Shown here: piece by piece, positions 21,700-32,440 of the stretch | How positions within the stretch are numbered: position 1 is the first letter of the stretch | How the letters are laid out: each line of letters opens with the position of its first letter | Assembly: GCA_963726195.1 (NCBI GenBank) | Contig: CAVSBO010000007.1 | Location: forward strand, 1-64,000 | Direction of reading: 5' to 3' | Source: Candidatus Thorarchaeota archaeon | Lineage (GTDB): Archaea > Asgardarchaeota > Thorarchaeia > Thorarchaeales > Thorarchaeaceae | DNA: 64,000 nt | Notes under the pieces: generated by a model | The model's input: only the letters and a program-made list of their open reading frames with translations | Database searches by the model: none | Told to the model about the DNA's origin: nothing | Position numbers and translations under genes: made by a program

Positions 21700-23368
21700 A
21701 TGTCAGATATGCCTCATGAAGAGGAATACTCGATTCACTGGATTCGAGAAGTTGTCGACAGGGTTCTGGAGAGAGATGTATCAGACTATCTCATATCGAC
21801 AGGTAAGAGTCCCAGCGGAAGCATCCACATCGGGTCGCTCCGCGAACAAATCATAGCCGACGTGATAAAACGGCAGCTGACAGGACTTGGGAAAGAAATC
21901 ACGGACCCTGTTCATTGTAGACGACTATGACCCTGTCCGATCATTTCCTCCGGGCATATCTTTGCCGCTCAAGGAATGGGCCGGAGTGCCTTACTCGGAT
22001 GTCCCTGACGAGTTCGGTTGCCACGAAAGCTTCGGTTCCCACTGGGCAAACGAGTTCATTGACACTTTTGCTGAGTTTGGGCTAAGCCCTGAGATCGTCT
22101 GGGCTCACGAACTCTATGAGAAGAAGGAGATGCAAGATGCCGTTCGCATTTGTCTCGAGAATACTGAGGTCATCCGCGAGATTATGATTGAGTACGTTGC
22201 TCGTGACTTCGACGAAGAGCAGAAAAGACAATACATCGAGTCGATGAGAACGTGGTATCCAGCATCAATCGTGTGCCCAAAATGCGGGCATCTTCAAGCT
22301 GGAGTGAAAGGTGAGATAGTCCCGAATAGGATTACTCAATACAATCGAGAGACTGAAGAGGTCTCGTTTGAGTGCCAAGCCTGCGGCCACTCAGACACTC
22401 TTCCGTTGAGCGACCTCCGACTGAAGCTCACTTGGAGGATTGACTGGCCGGCGAAATGGTTCATCTTCAAGGTTACGTGTGAGCCTGCAGGAAAGGACCA
22501 CGCAGTGAAGGGTGGTTCATATGATACTGGGCTTGAGGTCTCAAAGCGCGTATTCGGCTGGTCCGGACCTGTGAAGGTACCATACGAGTGGGTGCAGATA
22601 GGAGGCCGAGACATGGGAACTTCAAGGGGCGTTGTGTTCAGGCCCAACACTTGGTTGCCGGTAGCACCTCCTCAGCTCTACAGGTTCCTGATGCTCAAGA
22701 CCGACCTGCAAAGAACAATCAATGTTCAACCAGAGAGAATCCCTGACATGTGCGATGAATACGAAAAGTTTGAGCGAGTCTACTATGGCATCGAAAATGC
22801 AGACGATGCACGAAAGGAGCTGACCAAGCTGCTTTACCCCGTGTGCGAACCAAATGGAGCTAGGCCCACTTATGTTCCCAAGCTTCCTTTCAAATACGCC
22901 GTGCTCATGTCACAGCTGCAGGGCATGTTGGGGCGCGATACTGTCGTTGCACGCTGCGAAGAGGCCCTAAAGAAGCAGTATAATATAAAGAAAATCTCAA
23001 AGGCAGTCCAGTCACTCATGCTTGCTCGTTTGGAGATGGCAAAGAATTGGGCAGAGCAGTTTGGTTCCCCAAACGACAGAATCCAAGTTCAGTCGATAGT
23101 TCCCGAGGAAGTGCGTGTATCTCTTACTGAATTAGACAGGAACTTCTTGTCTAGGATGGCCAAGGCTCTAATGTCTGGATCGCTGAGTGATGATGAGATT
23201 CAGGCAGCAATGTTTCAGACAGCAAGAGACTCAGGTCTGTCTGAGAGACAGGCATTTGTTGTCCTGTACCGCGTGCTGGTTTCTCAGAAGTATGGGCCTC
23301 GACTAGGTCCCTTCATCAATATGCTGGGCAAAGACTGGGTGGTCGATCGTATCCAGAGCGTCCTGTGA
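21700..23368 (+). CDS. lysS: lysine--tRNA ligase class I (frameshift ~21895)
   Basis: HW, SPSGSIHIG, DDYD, WRIDWPAKW, EPAGKDH, GPRLG. Confidence 0.93.
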
Positions 23369-23451
23369 TTGCAGGCTCTCGCTAGCTTTGCTTCGTCAGC
23401 ACGTTTATTAGCACCCCAACGTGGGCATCGGAGAATCTTGGTTCTGGGTGT

Positions 23452-24193
23452 GTGTTATTAATGCTGGGCAGACTTCGAGAACGCTATCAGAGGGCCATGA
23501 TGCCTTTTGGCAGAGCACTTGCGAGAACTGGCATCACTCCTAACCGGATAACTGCCCTGTCACTTCTTGTCGCTTTCTTCAGTGCATATTTCTTCTATCT
23601 GGGCGAATTGCTTGTGGGTTTGGCCATAATGCTGTTGGCAGTCTTCATGGACATGCTTGATGGTGCTGTGGCCAGAGCCGCGAACATGGCATCCAAGTTT
23701 GGAGCGACATTCGACCACACGCTTGACCGATATGCCGAATTCCTGTTCATCATGGGGTTCATGATGGGACCTATCGGTCATGTCTCTATTCCATGGTGGC
23801 CAGTTGCCATCGGTGATAGATTCGTTCCTTGGTTCTGGGGCGTTCTTGCCCTGTTTGGTATGGTAATGGCTAAGCTTCACGCGAGCTAAGGCCGAGTCGG
23901 TGGGTGGAATGAAGAGTTGTGCCGTAGGCATAGCGGAACGCCAAGAGAAGCTGATTCTCATGATAGCTGGCATTCTTTTGCTCGCAATTCCTCAGTCGAA
24001 CGTGTGGATGGGTTTTCTCAACATGTTACCAGACCCACTGGCTGACGTTATGATCGCACTAGGCATTACAAACATACTAACCGCCTGTTTGGTTATAGTT
24101 GCAGTCTTATCGCATGTGACAGTCGTACAGAGGCTTGCGTATGCGCGCAAGGTCATAGGCGAGTCTGAAAGGCAAGCACAGGCCAGTGCATGA
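23452..24193 (+). CDS. CDP-alcohol phosphatidyltransferase (archaetidylinositol-phosphate synthase-like; frameshift ~23872)
   Basis: TPN.IT and D..DG.VAR.....S.FGA.FD..LDR; RAKAE..G.AER in the shifted frame. Confidence 0.85.
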
Positions 24194-24242
24194 GATATAC
24201 GGCAATGATGATCAAAACCGAACCGTGCCGATTGACTGCGAT

Positions 24243-24602
24243 TCAGGAGCTGGTCTTGTCAAACACACTCTCAACAGTCTCATTCAGAAATCCTTTGGCG
24301 GTTATCATCGCTCTTCGGCCCTTCTCAGTTATGCTGTAGTACTTCCTCGGTGAACTGGCTGTCTCCATTTCTTGAATGAGGCCGTCCTTCACCAAGCGAT
24401 ATATGATCGCGTAGCCGCTAACAGTGGCAGGCGAAAAGCTGAACTTCTTTGTGACCAGCTCCTTGATTTCATATCCGTAGTGCGGTCGTTCTTGCAGCAG
24501 GCGGAGAATATAGATCCAAAGCATCTCCTTTGTCAGTTTGTTCACGAGTCTAGTAACTGCCTTTGGCTCGACCGAGGACTCGGGGTCCGGCGTTCGCGGC
24601 AT
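24243..24602 (-). CDS. PadR-family regulator
   Basis: ILRLL..RP.YGYEI...Y..L.RL...GLI...RKYYSITEKG. Confidence 0.9.
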   Translation of the reverse strand: MPRTPDPESSVEPKAVTRLVNKLTKEMLWIYILRLLQERPHYGYEIKELVTKKFSFSPATVSGYAIIYRLVKDGLIQEMETASSPRKYYSITEKGRRAMITAKGFLNETVESVFDKTSS

Positions 24603-25207
24603 TATCGATCCATCCTCTCGTATTCTGATATGACAGCTGCCACGCAATGGCTGCTCAAGTAGCTGGCTTTCCCCAACGAAACACGAGCTATTGCGTATTC
24701 GTCAGCGGTCTGAAGTGTGTTTGAGTCAAAGCCTTGGTGGTCTCCAAGAATAAAACTGTTCTCAGCTCTTTCGTTGAGGTCGGAGGCCCCAGAGAACGGT
24801 CTACCCCCGGCTTCAAGAAGCCAGACTGAAGAATCAGCAGAAATTGTGCAATCCTTGATGGTCTGCTTCATTCCTGCACGCTTGACCTGTACGAAGCCCG
24901 GCGGCCTGCCTGCGAGTGAGTCCCTGATGACTTGAGCCCATCTCGCCTCACCTGTGGGCAACAAGGAACCGGGGTTTCGAAAGGTGAGGACGACCGAGTC
25001 CCCGAGGACGGCTCTGAGCTCCAGATTGAATCTCGACCACACATCTGGCCCCCAGTCGAAGCATGCACTGAGGTCGCGACAAAGTATGTCTATCCTTTTT
25101 CCTGAGCTTGGCAAGTCTTTGACAGAAAAGTCCCCTTGAGTGGGCGCCGTGGGCAGTATCTGAATGAATCTCAACAGCCGAAGCGGTTTTGTCATTCGGC
25201 GTACCAT
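24602..25207 (-). CDS. trmY: tRNA (pseudouridine54-N1)-methyltransferase TrmY-like
   Basis: DLPSSGKRIDILCR, FILGDHQG, VSLG...SSHC SPOUT motifs. Confidence 0.8.
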   Translation of the reverse strand: MVRRMTKPLRLLRFIQILPTAPTQGDFSVKDLPSSGKRIDILCRDLSACFDWGPDVWSRFNLELRAVLGDSVVLTFRNPGSLLPTGEARWAQVIRDSLAGRPPGFVQVKRAGMKQTIKDCTISADSSVWLLEAGGRPFSGASDLNERAENSFILGDHQGFDSNTLQTADEYAIARVSLGKASYLSSHCVAAVISEYERMDR

Positions 25208-25274
25208 CTATGATAGTGAGCTTGAAGTTTTCGAACCGGGCGGTGTCAGAGGCGCTAACATGTCGATAGCAAAC

Positions 25275-25560
25275 CTAGTGCTTGGGCTGGTCCTTTCTGT
25301 CTACCTGTTGCCTAATCTGGAGTTTGCCCGAGTGAATTGCACAACTGATGCAGTAGTAGCTTGTCAGACGTCTCGTTTCTATGTAGCTGCCCTGCGCTCT
25401 AAGCTCTCGTGCTAGCCTGTGGGTCCACGGAGGAGACCCGCTTGGTAAACTTCTTGGCCTTGTCGGCTGGCACGAGGCGTCCACACCTAGAACACTGCAC
25501 GTTGTGTGACGCACCGCTGCCACCCTGATGTCGACCACCAGACTTTCTTTTCTTTACCAA
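25275..25560 (-). CDS. rps26e: ribosomal protein S26e (frameshift ~25415)
   Basis: From TTG 25560: MVKKRKSGGRH..VQCSRCGRLVPADKAKK; continues in the shifted frame as LARELRAQG..YYCISCAIH. Confidence 0.9.
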
Positions 25561-25646
25561 AGTCTTGCCCCACAAAAAGTGGATTCTGGCCCCGCCTCCT
25601 CGAGGGCCCTTAAAACCTTGTGCCTACTAACAGTTCCAGTCTATAT

Positions 25647-27064
25647 GGGTTTACTAGGTATAGGTCATACAAATTCAGGTATACCTGAAAGACCTTGCAC
25701 ACTGAGAGAGTTCTGTATTCTCTGAAGCGTGGACGCCACGGTCTCGGGAGCCACAAGTACGAGGAGGTTGTTGAAAGCGCTAAAGACCTGTTCACTCAGC
25801 CATGACCAGGGCGAAGCACTCAACGGTCTGATGGCTGCCTACAATGCCATCCTCAATACCATGTTGCAGTCCATCTGGCGGACGACAGAATGGAAGAAGC
25901 ACCAGATCAAAGGCAAGAAGCAGTACAGGCTCTACCCAAGGTACAGGAAAGACAATGCCTTCAAGCGCGAGTTGAGAAACAAGTGCCTGGAAGAGTGGTG
26001 CTATGCTGCTCACTGGGTTGACTCCGCCATGAAGACCGCCTTCAGCATCATGGCTTCGTGGAAGAGGAACTATGACAGGGGTGACAGAAGAAGGGCTTGT
26101 CCACATTCGGGCAGACTCTTTTTACGGGTCAAGCAGACCCTCCTCAAACTCGAGGGAGACACGCTCAGAATCACCCTCAAGCCACGTGAATTCGTCTATG
26201 TCGACCTCTCCCGGCGTTACTTCAAGCTGCCTGACAACGTGTCCTCCGCGGGCCTGGGTGAACCCGTCATCACACCCGATAGAATATACCTGCCCATCCA
26301 TGTCGCAGAGGACGAGAAGGAGAGACCTGCCGAGGCGGTGGCGTGGGACTCGAACATGCTATCGATGGATGGCTACAGCCCTGAGACAGGATGGGTGAAG
26401 ATAGACACGAGAAAACTCGTGTCGGCGCATGTATCGAGCTTCGAGAAAAGGCGCAGCGTGCAGAGAAAGGCTTCGAAGTCTAAGAGGATGAAAAGAGTCC
26501 TCACAAAATACGCGAGAAGGGAGAGAAACCGTGCGAGGAAGCATCAGATTGAAATTGCGAGAGCAATTCGTGTGCTCTCGAAGAGGAGCGGCTTCGAGGC
26601 ACTGAGAAAGGAAAAGCTGTACAGGCGCTCAAGGACGTGGAACCGTAGGCTGGCGAGAACGGACTGGCGGGGAATCATGAGAAGGGTTGCAGAAGGTGGC
26701 GCTGTTGAAGAGTTGCCTCCACAGTTCACCTCGAAGAAGTGCTCCAGATGCGGGTGTGTAAACAAAGACCTAAGAACAGGAGCCGTCTTCGAGTGCGGGA
26801 ACTGTGGGTTAAGGATAGACAGACAGCTCAACGCAGCGATTAACCTGTACCTGAGGATGGAGGGCGTTCCCCATGAGAAGGAGCGGTGGGATACAAACAT
26901 TCTACCGACGCTCCTCGTGGGTGGGTACGTCCTGACGGGGGCGGAGCGGAAGGGAGCCGATGAACTCGTGAGGCTCCTGGATGATGCGGTGAAGCCCCAG
27001 ATCTACGTGGGATACGATAAGTATGCTGACGCATACCTACCTGTACCTACGTAGATTGAAACCC
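25647..27064 (+). mobile_element. non-autonomous tnpB-only insertion element
   Basis: tnpB without tnpA; GGGTTT/AAACCC inverted termini, subterminal TAGGTAYAGGT in inverted orientation, TAT on both flanks; boundaries inferred. Confidence 0.6.
25729..27054 (+). CDS. tnpB: TnpB-family RNA-guided protein
   Basis: RuvC-I AWDSN, RuvC-II GFE, TSKKCSRCG/FECGNCG Zn finger, DRQLNAAIN. Confidence 0.9.
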   Translation: MDATVSGATSTRRLLKALKTCSLSHDQGEALNGLMAAYNAILNTMLQSIWRTTEWKKHQIKGKKQYRLYPRYRKDNAFKRELRNKCLEEWCYAAHWVDSAMKTAFSIMASWKRNYDRGDRRRACPHSGRLFLRVKQTLLKLEGDTLRITLKPREFVYVDLSRRYFKLPDNVSSAGLGEPVITPDRIYLPIHVAEDEKERPAEAVAWDSNMLSMDGYSPETGWVKIDTRKLVSAHVSSFEKRRSVQRKASKSKRMKRVLTKYARRERNRARKHQIEIARAIRVLSKRSGFEALRKEKLYRRSRTWNRRLARTDWRGIMRRVAEGGAVEELPPQFTSKKCSRCGCVNKDLRTGAVFECGNCGLRIDRQLNAAINLYLRMEGVPHEKERWDTNILPTLLVGGYVLTGAERKGADELVRLLDDAVKPQIYVGYDKYADAYLPVPT

Positions 27065-27108
27065 TATTGCACTGACATCACTGATGTGGAGTGGCTCATC
27101 GTGCTCCA

Positions 27109-28182
27109 CTAGGAATAGGTGTCCAGAGTCTCTAACACCTGTTCGATGATGCTCTCATTTGTTTCAATGACAGACTCATTCTTCTCTCGTTCGATTTGAT
27201 CATCTAGTTTGGGTAGAGAGTGTCCTGCCAAGCCTTCTAGGCTCGCCTCGATGCAAGGCCCAATCATCATAGGATTGTATCCTCCCTCTAGAACCCAGAA
27301 AGACCCCGAGCATTGAAGTCTCTCGACAAGTCCCATCACAGCACTGCCCAGATACCAGTATGCCTTTGTTGTCAAGTCCATATTACCTACTGGATCGGCA
27401 TAATGTGAATCATATCCAGCTGACACAGCAAGAATCTCGGGGCTGAATCTCTCTATCGCGGGAATCACAACACGATCCATCGCTGAGATGTAGGATGAAT
27501 CAGGTGTCATCTCCACCAATGGGATGTTGATTTTGGTGCCCATTGCCTTACCATGGCCCACTTCCATGTAGTGACCTAGACCGAACTCCTCGTAGTCATA
27601 CTCATGAATGCTGATGTACTGGACATTCGGGTCGGAGTAGAATATCTCTGCTGTTCCGTTTCCGAAGTGGTCATCAAAGTCGAGTATGGTGACTCTTCCT
27701 ACTCCCAGATGTTTCATCGCATGGCGGACCGCAATGGCTACATTATTGAAAAAGCAGAGACCTGATGGTGTTGATGTGGAGGCATGATGCCCGGGCGGCC
27801 TCATTAGTGAAAATGCATGAAGTGCCTCTCCTTTCGCCACAAGCTCGGCTGAACGCATTGCTCCACCCACGGCTAGAAGTGCTGTCCGGAAGAGCTCCGG
27901 ACTGACGTAAGCGCTCTCGCCAACTTGGCCCATTCCTATTTCTGACATGAGCTTGACAGAGTCCACTAGGTAGGGGCTGTGGACAAGAAGCGCGGCTGCC
28001 TCCTTGGCGCGGGGAGACTTGAAGCAAAGCAGGTTATCGAGTATCCCTCTGCTTCTTAGATACGATTCGGCCATCTGCGTCCTCAAGGGGCTCTCGAATG
28101 ACTCTAGATTTGGTCTCGGAAAAGGGGCCGTGTGAGCGCTTGACGCCGGGTGAGAGATGAATGCTATCTTGTCTTCACGCAT
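27109..28182 (-). CDS. histone deacetylase family protein
   Basis: RPPGHHA, GLCFFNN, DFDDHFGNG, SAGYD, LEGGY. Confidence 0.93.
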   Translation of the reverse strand: MREDKIAFISHPASSAHTAPFPRPNLESFESPLRTQMAESYLRSRGILDNLLCFKSPRAKEAAALLVHSPYLVDSVKLMSEIGMGQVGESAYVSPELFRTALLAVGGAMRSAELVAKGEALHAFSLMRPPGHHASTSTPSGLCFFNNVAIAVRHAMKHLGVGRVTILDFDDHFGNGTAEIFYSDPNVQYISIHEYDYEEFGLGHYMEVGHGKAMGTKINIPLVEMTPDSSYISAMDRVVIPAIERFSPEILAVSAGYDSHYADPVGNMDLTTKAYWYLGSAVMGLVERLQCSGSFWVLEGGYNPMMIGPCIEASLEGLAGHSLPKLDDQIEREKNESVIETNESIIEQVLETLDTYS

Positions 28183-28184
28183 GG

Positions 28185-29676
28185 TTATCGTCGGTCTAGT
28201 CTGGCGTCGGCCTGCTTAAACTCTTCTTCGCTCTCCAGAGAGAACTCAGTCTCTAGAGGCATGACGTACCTGTAGAGAACAAAGAGGACTCTTCTGGAAA
28301 CCTCGGAAAGACTGCTTGACGGGGTTAGTCCCCGTACCTTATTCTCTTCCATAATTGCTCGAGAAAGGTCCAATGCCGATATCCACTGCCGTCGTTCGTC
28401 AACCCATAGGTGGCCGTCTTTCTCGTAGGCGGTGGGATGTTCTTTCCTGAATTCAAGACATGGCCCATCCAGGCTCATAGACGGTCCTCTTCTAGGATAG
28501 ATGCTAGGTATCGTGTGTCTTTCCACGAGGACGCCAAGCGAGAATCTGTTTCCTTCGAAATGCACCTCCGTCAGCGTTCTTCCGAATCGTCTCTCTCCAT
28601 TCTTCTCTCTCTCAAGGTCCGATTCGATCCTGGCAGCGACTCTGTAGAGCTTGTCCCTGAGAACAGTGTAGTGCTCGCTTTCATCGGAAACGAACTCAAA
28701 GGCTAGTCCGTGTGATGCTGCCTGCTCGGGTAACGGTTCTACGGGGATTGGTTTCTCCACGAAGAACTCCATCACATCAGCTTGGCCGCTATTCAGCTTT
28801 CTCGGTCAGTTCGTCAATACAATGTGACAGCCATCGGCAAGTGCGTTGGGTGAAACTAGAGGCGACATTCCTTCGTGTATCGGTCGGATCAATGATGAAG
28901 ACGTAATCGTCTCTGAACTGAGGCACGGCACGAAGCGTTTCTAAAGGTCTTCCAATGGGGTCGAGCGGTGATTCTTCAAGACTTCTTATTGCCGCAAGTG
29001 CAGAATCCAGCCCGTCCCTCATTATCACTGCCAACTCAAGAGAATAGCCCGTGAAGCCCATCTTCCCAAGCGCTGCGATGTCTCCATAAGCATGAGCTGC
29101 CCTCACGAAAGACTTCAGGATCCTGACATCTTCGCGGAGTCTATCGTTCATGTGAGCAACAACATATCGTGTGTGATGGACGGTCCTGTCGACCGCAGTT
29201 ACTGGTCCGTTGCGAGCAAGCTCGTCTGCAGAAATGTCGAAGCATCCAATGATATCGACGTCAAGCCCTTTCAACACAAGTGACAGGTATGGGTGCTGCG
29301 AGTACGTCTTTCGAATACTGGTTGCGCCAGAGCCTTTCAGGGCTGGGATGAACCATGTCTCAACGAATCGGTTGAGAAGTTCATCTAATGACTGATGTCT
29401 CTCTTTGAGTCCCAAAGCCAATATGTCCGAGAAGTCGTCGGGCTTAAGACCTACAAACAAGTCAATGTCCGCCGCTCCGCGAAGCTGGGTCTGTTTCTTT
29501 CCCGTAGACCCCTGCGGTTCAATGAATGAGTACCGCTGACTCAAAGCCTTTGAACGCCGGGCGAGCCCATCGACCAGTATGTTGGTGACCTGATGTTGTG
29601 TCCTAATCTCCTCGCTCGTGGGCACTATTCTTGCAAGGAGTTTCTCTCGAAGGACCTGACTCAGAATCTCACCCAA
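28185..29676 (-). CDS. cca: archaeal CCA-adding enzyme (frameshift ~28790)
   Basis: GSTGK.T.L...DIDLF, HPY, AVDRT..H, GF.GY..E, DP.D..RNVA. Confidence 0.88.
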
Positions 29677-29828
29677 GGGTCTAACCTATTCTGCAGGGGG
29701 ACCGGTCTCGCTAAGAACCTTCGCCTCAGAACTGCGTGAAATGCACTTGCTTGCACTGGGCCGCGGGCCTTCGTGGAAGTCCGCATGTTTAAAGAGAGCC
29801 CCTAGACCTTTTCTTGACTTGGTGATGT

Positions 29829-30350
29829 TTGAAGGAACTCCTTCAGGAGTGGCCTGATGTGACCCAGATATTACCGATAGTAATCACGATTCTCGAGTGT
29901 GACAATCGCTATCTCTTTCTCAAGCGTCGGAAAGAGCCCTACGCGAATCTTTGGAGTCTTGTTGGCGGCAAGGTGAACGCAGGGGAGCATATACGTGCCG
30001 CCGCAATACGAGAGATCATGGAGGAAACTGGTGCCCCTGAAGTTATCGACTACACCTTCAAAGGAATGGTTTCAGAGAGGCTGGTCGGACCCACTGGCAG
30101 CCTCCTATCACACTTCTTGATTTTCGTGGGTCGCGCTAGTATCGATGAATACCAGCCCCACAATCGGGAAGGCGATCTTTCTCTATTTACAAAGGACGAC
30201 ATCGATTCAGGACGCTATCCGTTTCTGCCTTCAGACCGTCACATGTTCGATTGTTTTGTAGGCCGAGAGTCATCGTCTGAGATCCACGAGGCAGAGATGG
30301 TTCAAGATAACGGATACAGTCTGACCTACTACAGGAAGTCTGAAGGGTGA
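29829..30350 (+). CDS. NUDIX hydrolase
   Basis: GGKV..GE....AA.REI.EETG Nudix box. Confidence 0.92.
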   Translation: MKELLQEWPDVTQILPIVITILECDNRYLFLKRRKEPYANLWSLVGGKVNAGEHIRAAAIREIMEETGAPEVIDYTFKGMVSERLVGPTGSLLSHFLIFVGRASIDEYQPHNREGDLSLFTKDDIDSGRYPFLPSDRHMFDCFVGRESSSEIHEAEMVQDNGYSLTYYRKSEG

Positions 30351-31325
30351 TCGTCGGAGACATCGAGATTAAGCCGCTCGCAGCGGAGAGCATGGGAACT
30401 CGGTCAATGTGCACGAAGGTAATCACTCCTGATTTGACCATCGTTTTCGACCCGTCAGTCTGCGTTGTCGGGAAGATATGGTCTCGAGCCCCACCCCGCC
30501 GAGTACAGGCAACTGGAACAATCTCTTCAGTCGATCTTCGCTTCGACAAGAAGCGCAGATGTCGTCTCCGTCAGTCACTATCACTACGACCATGTCAGAC
30601 CAGGTTTCACCAACTTCCGGTACAATTTCAGTTCATTGGAAGAGCTGCAACGATTGTTCGAGGACAAGATAGTGCTTGCAAAGGACAACCGTGAGAACAT
30701 TAATGCGTCTCAAAGACGTCGCGGCTTCTATTTCGAGCGCGACATAAAGGTCGTTGCCGACGATATCAGATGGGCCGATGGCCAGAGCTACACATTTGGG
30801 GCAACTAAGGTCACCTACTCTCCTCCTTTGCCGCACGGGCCAAACTCCTCGGAGCTGGGATACGTTCTTGCAACAACCGTGTCGTATGAGGGCAAGCGCT
30901 TTCTCTTTGTTCCGGATGTCCAAGGCCCGGTGGACCGTGACTCACTTTCCTATTGCATGTCTGTTGAACCTGACGTAGCGATAGTAGGCGGGCCGCCCAT
31001 CTATTTGAGCCAATTTCAGGAATCGCATCGTCAGACCGCCCTTTATTCTCTAGTTAGATTGGCATCCACGATTCCTGTCCTGACGGTGGACCACCATCTG
31101 ACACGATCGTCTGACTGGGAAAAATGGATTTCTCCGGTAATAGAGGCTGGATCTAGGGCCGGCAACAGAGTACTGACGATGGCCCAACTGGCTGATACCA
31201 ACGACAATTGCATGGAGGCCAATAGAAAGGAACTCTACTTAGACCAACCTCCCGACGAGGAATTCATGCAATGGGTTGCGTCAGATGATGAGTACAAGGA
31301 GCAGAACCGCCCGCCTATCGGCTAG
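30347..31325 (+). CDS. UPF0282-family MBL-fold hydrolase (frameshift ~30460)
   Basis: PLAAESMGTRSM, SHYHYDH, DVQGP, DHHL.R. Confidence 0.85.
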
Positions 31326-31430
31326 AATGCGGTTGTTTCTCATTGGACCGCTCGTTCCCAGTCGTAGTCGAGGCAAGCAATATTCAAGAGTCCATCATAC
31401 TTCAAGAAACCATCTGGATTGCAGGCCTGA

Positions 31431-32042
31431 GTGCAATTGGTCGATAATGTAACGAATGGTGAAATCGTGACTGGCGACGTAGAACCTTCGGCATCCGATA
31501 GTGAGGGCAGTTCTACAAAGTCGATTCTTGAGAGGTACCAGAGATCGACCAAAGAGGCTGACCTTTCGCTCATTAACGGAGAGTACCAGCAAGCAATGGC
31601 CCACTATTATGATGCCAGTCAGTCGGCAGATGATATGTGTGAGCGATTCTTGGCACTGCTAATCAAGACGTCCCCGAGCGCCGCTCACAAGACTCTATTG
31701 GTAGAGGTTCTGAGCTGGCGCCTTCGCTACTACACTTCGCAATATGACTACCACTTAGCTGTAGCTCAAACTCTCGCCGGCCTTCCTCGCGAGGAGTGGC
31801 TCGCGCGTCTTGAGACTATCCTTGTTCTTTCGCAAAGCCTTGTGACGAAGCTAACTCCTATCCTTAAGTCAACCGATGACATAGGTATCAGAAGCAGGAT
31901 TCAGAGTGTACTCGGCGATTGGGTCTCAGGCATTCGAAACCTCGTCTCAAACCTAAGGACGTGGGGGATGTCAAGCGCTCAGGCATCTCGCGTTTTAGAA
32001 TGGGCTCTAGACAACGATCTCGATTTTCGAAGCCACAGTTAG
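31431..32042 (+). CDS. hypothetical all-alpha protein
   Basis: 203-aa ORF with helical composition; no motif recognised. Confidence 0.6.
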   Translation: MQLVDNVTNGEIVTGDVEPSASDSEGSSTKSILERYQRSTKEADLSLINGEYQQAMAHYYDASQSADDMCERFLALLIKTSPSAAHKTLLVEVLSWRLRYYTSQYDYHLAVAQTLAGLPREEWLARLETILVLSQSLVTKLTPILKSTDDIGIRSRIQSVLGDWVSGIRNLVSNLRTWGMSSAQASRVLEWALDNDLDFRSHS

Positions 32043-32090
32043 CGCTCGAATATGCATGCGATTGCAGGTATGAAACACAGAGGACGACAG

Positions 32091-32306
32091 CTACTCTTTT
32101 GCTTGGGCTTCAAGGAATGCGGAGACAATCTCAGTATCTGCGACTTGAAAATGGCTGTCAACATAGCAGACAATATAGTGCTCGTCGTGCTTTATGATGA
32201 CCGGGGTGGGGAATCGCTTAACGCTCTTCAGGACCTTCTCCGGGACTTTCCAGTAGATAGTCTGCTTGCATATGGGGCATTGCAGCCACTTTAGCCCGTT
32301 ACTCAT
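32091..32306 (-). CDS. small CxxC hypothetical protein
   Basis: MSNGLKWLQCPICK...HDEH...YVD; ATG 32306. Confidence 0.65.
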   Translation of the reverse strand: MSNGLKWLQCPICKQTIYWKVPEKVLKSVKRFPTPVIIKHDEHYIVCYVDSHFQVADTEIVSAFLEAQAKE

Positions 32307-32440
32307 CAATACCACCAGTGGTCCGGAGGGCCGAGCCAATGGCGCAGACAACAATCGGACTAAAAACGTTTTCCTGTCAATTAGCCCGTGCTTGACGAAT
32401 AGGTCATCAGGAATGAGCAACGATGAATCACAGGATGCTA

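Noticed and set aside
21700-29676. lysS, rps26e and cca as pseudogenes or programmed frameshifts
   Set aside because: Essential genes with intact motifs on both sides of the break and no shared slippery site; sequencing error is more parsimonious
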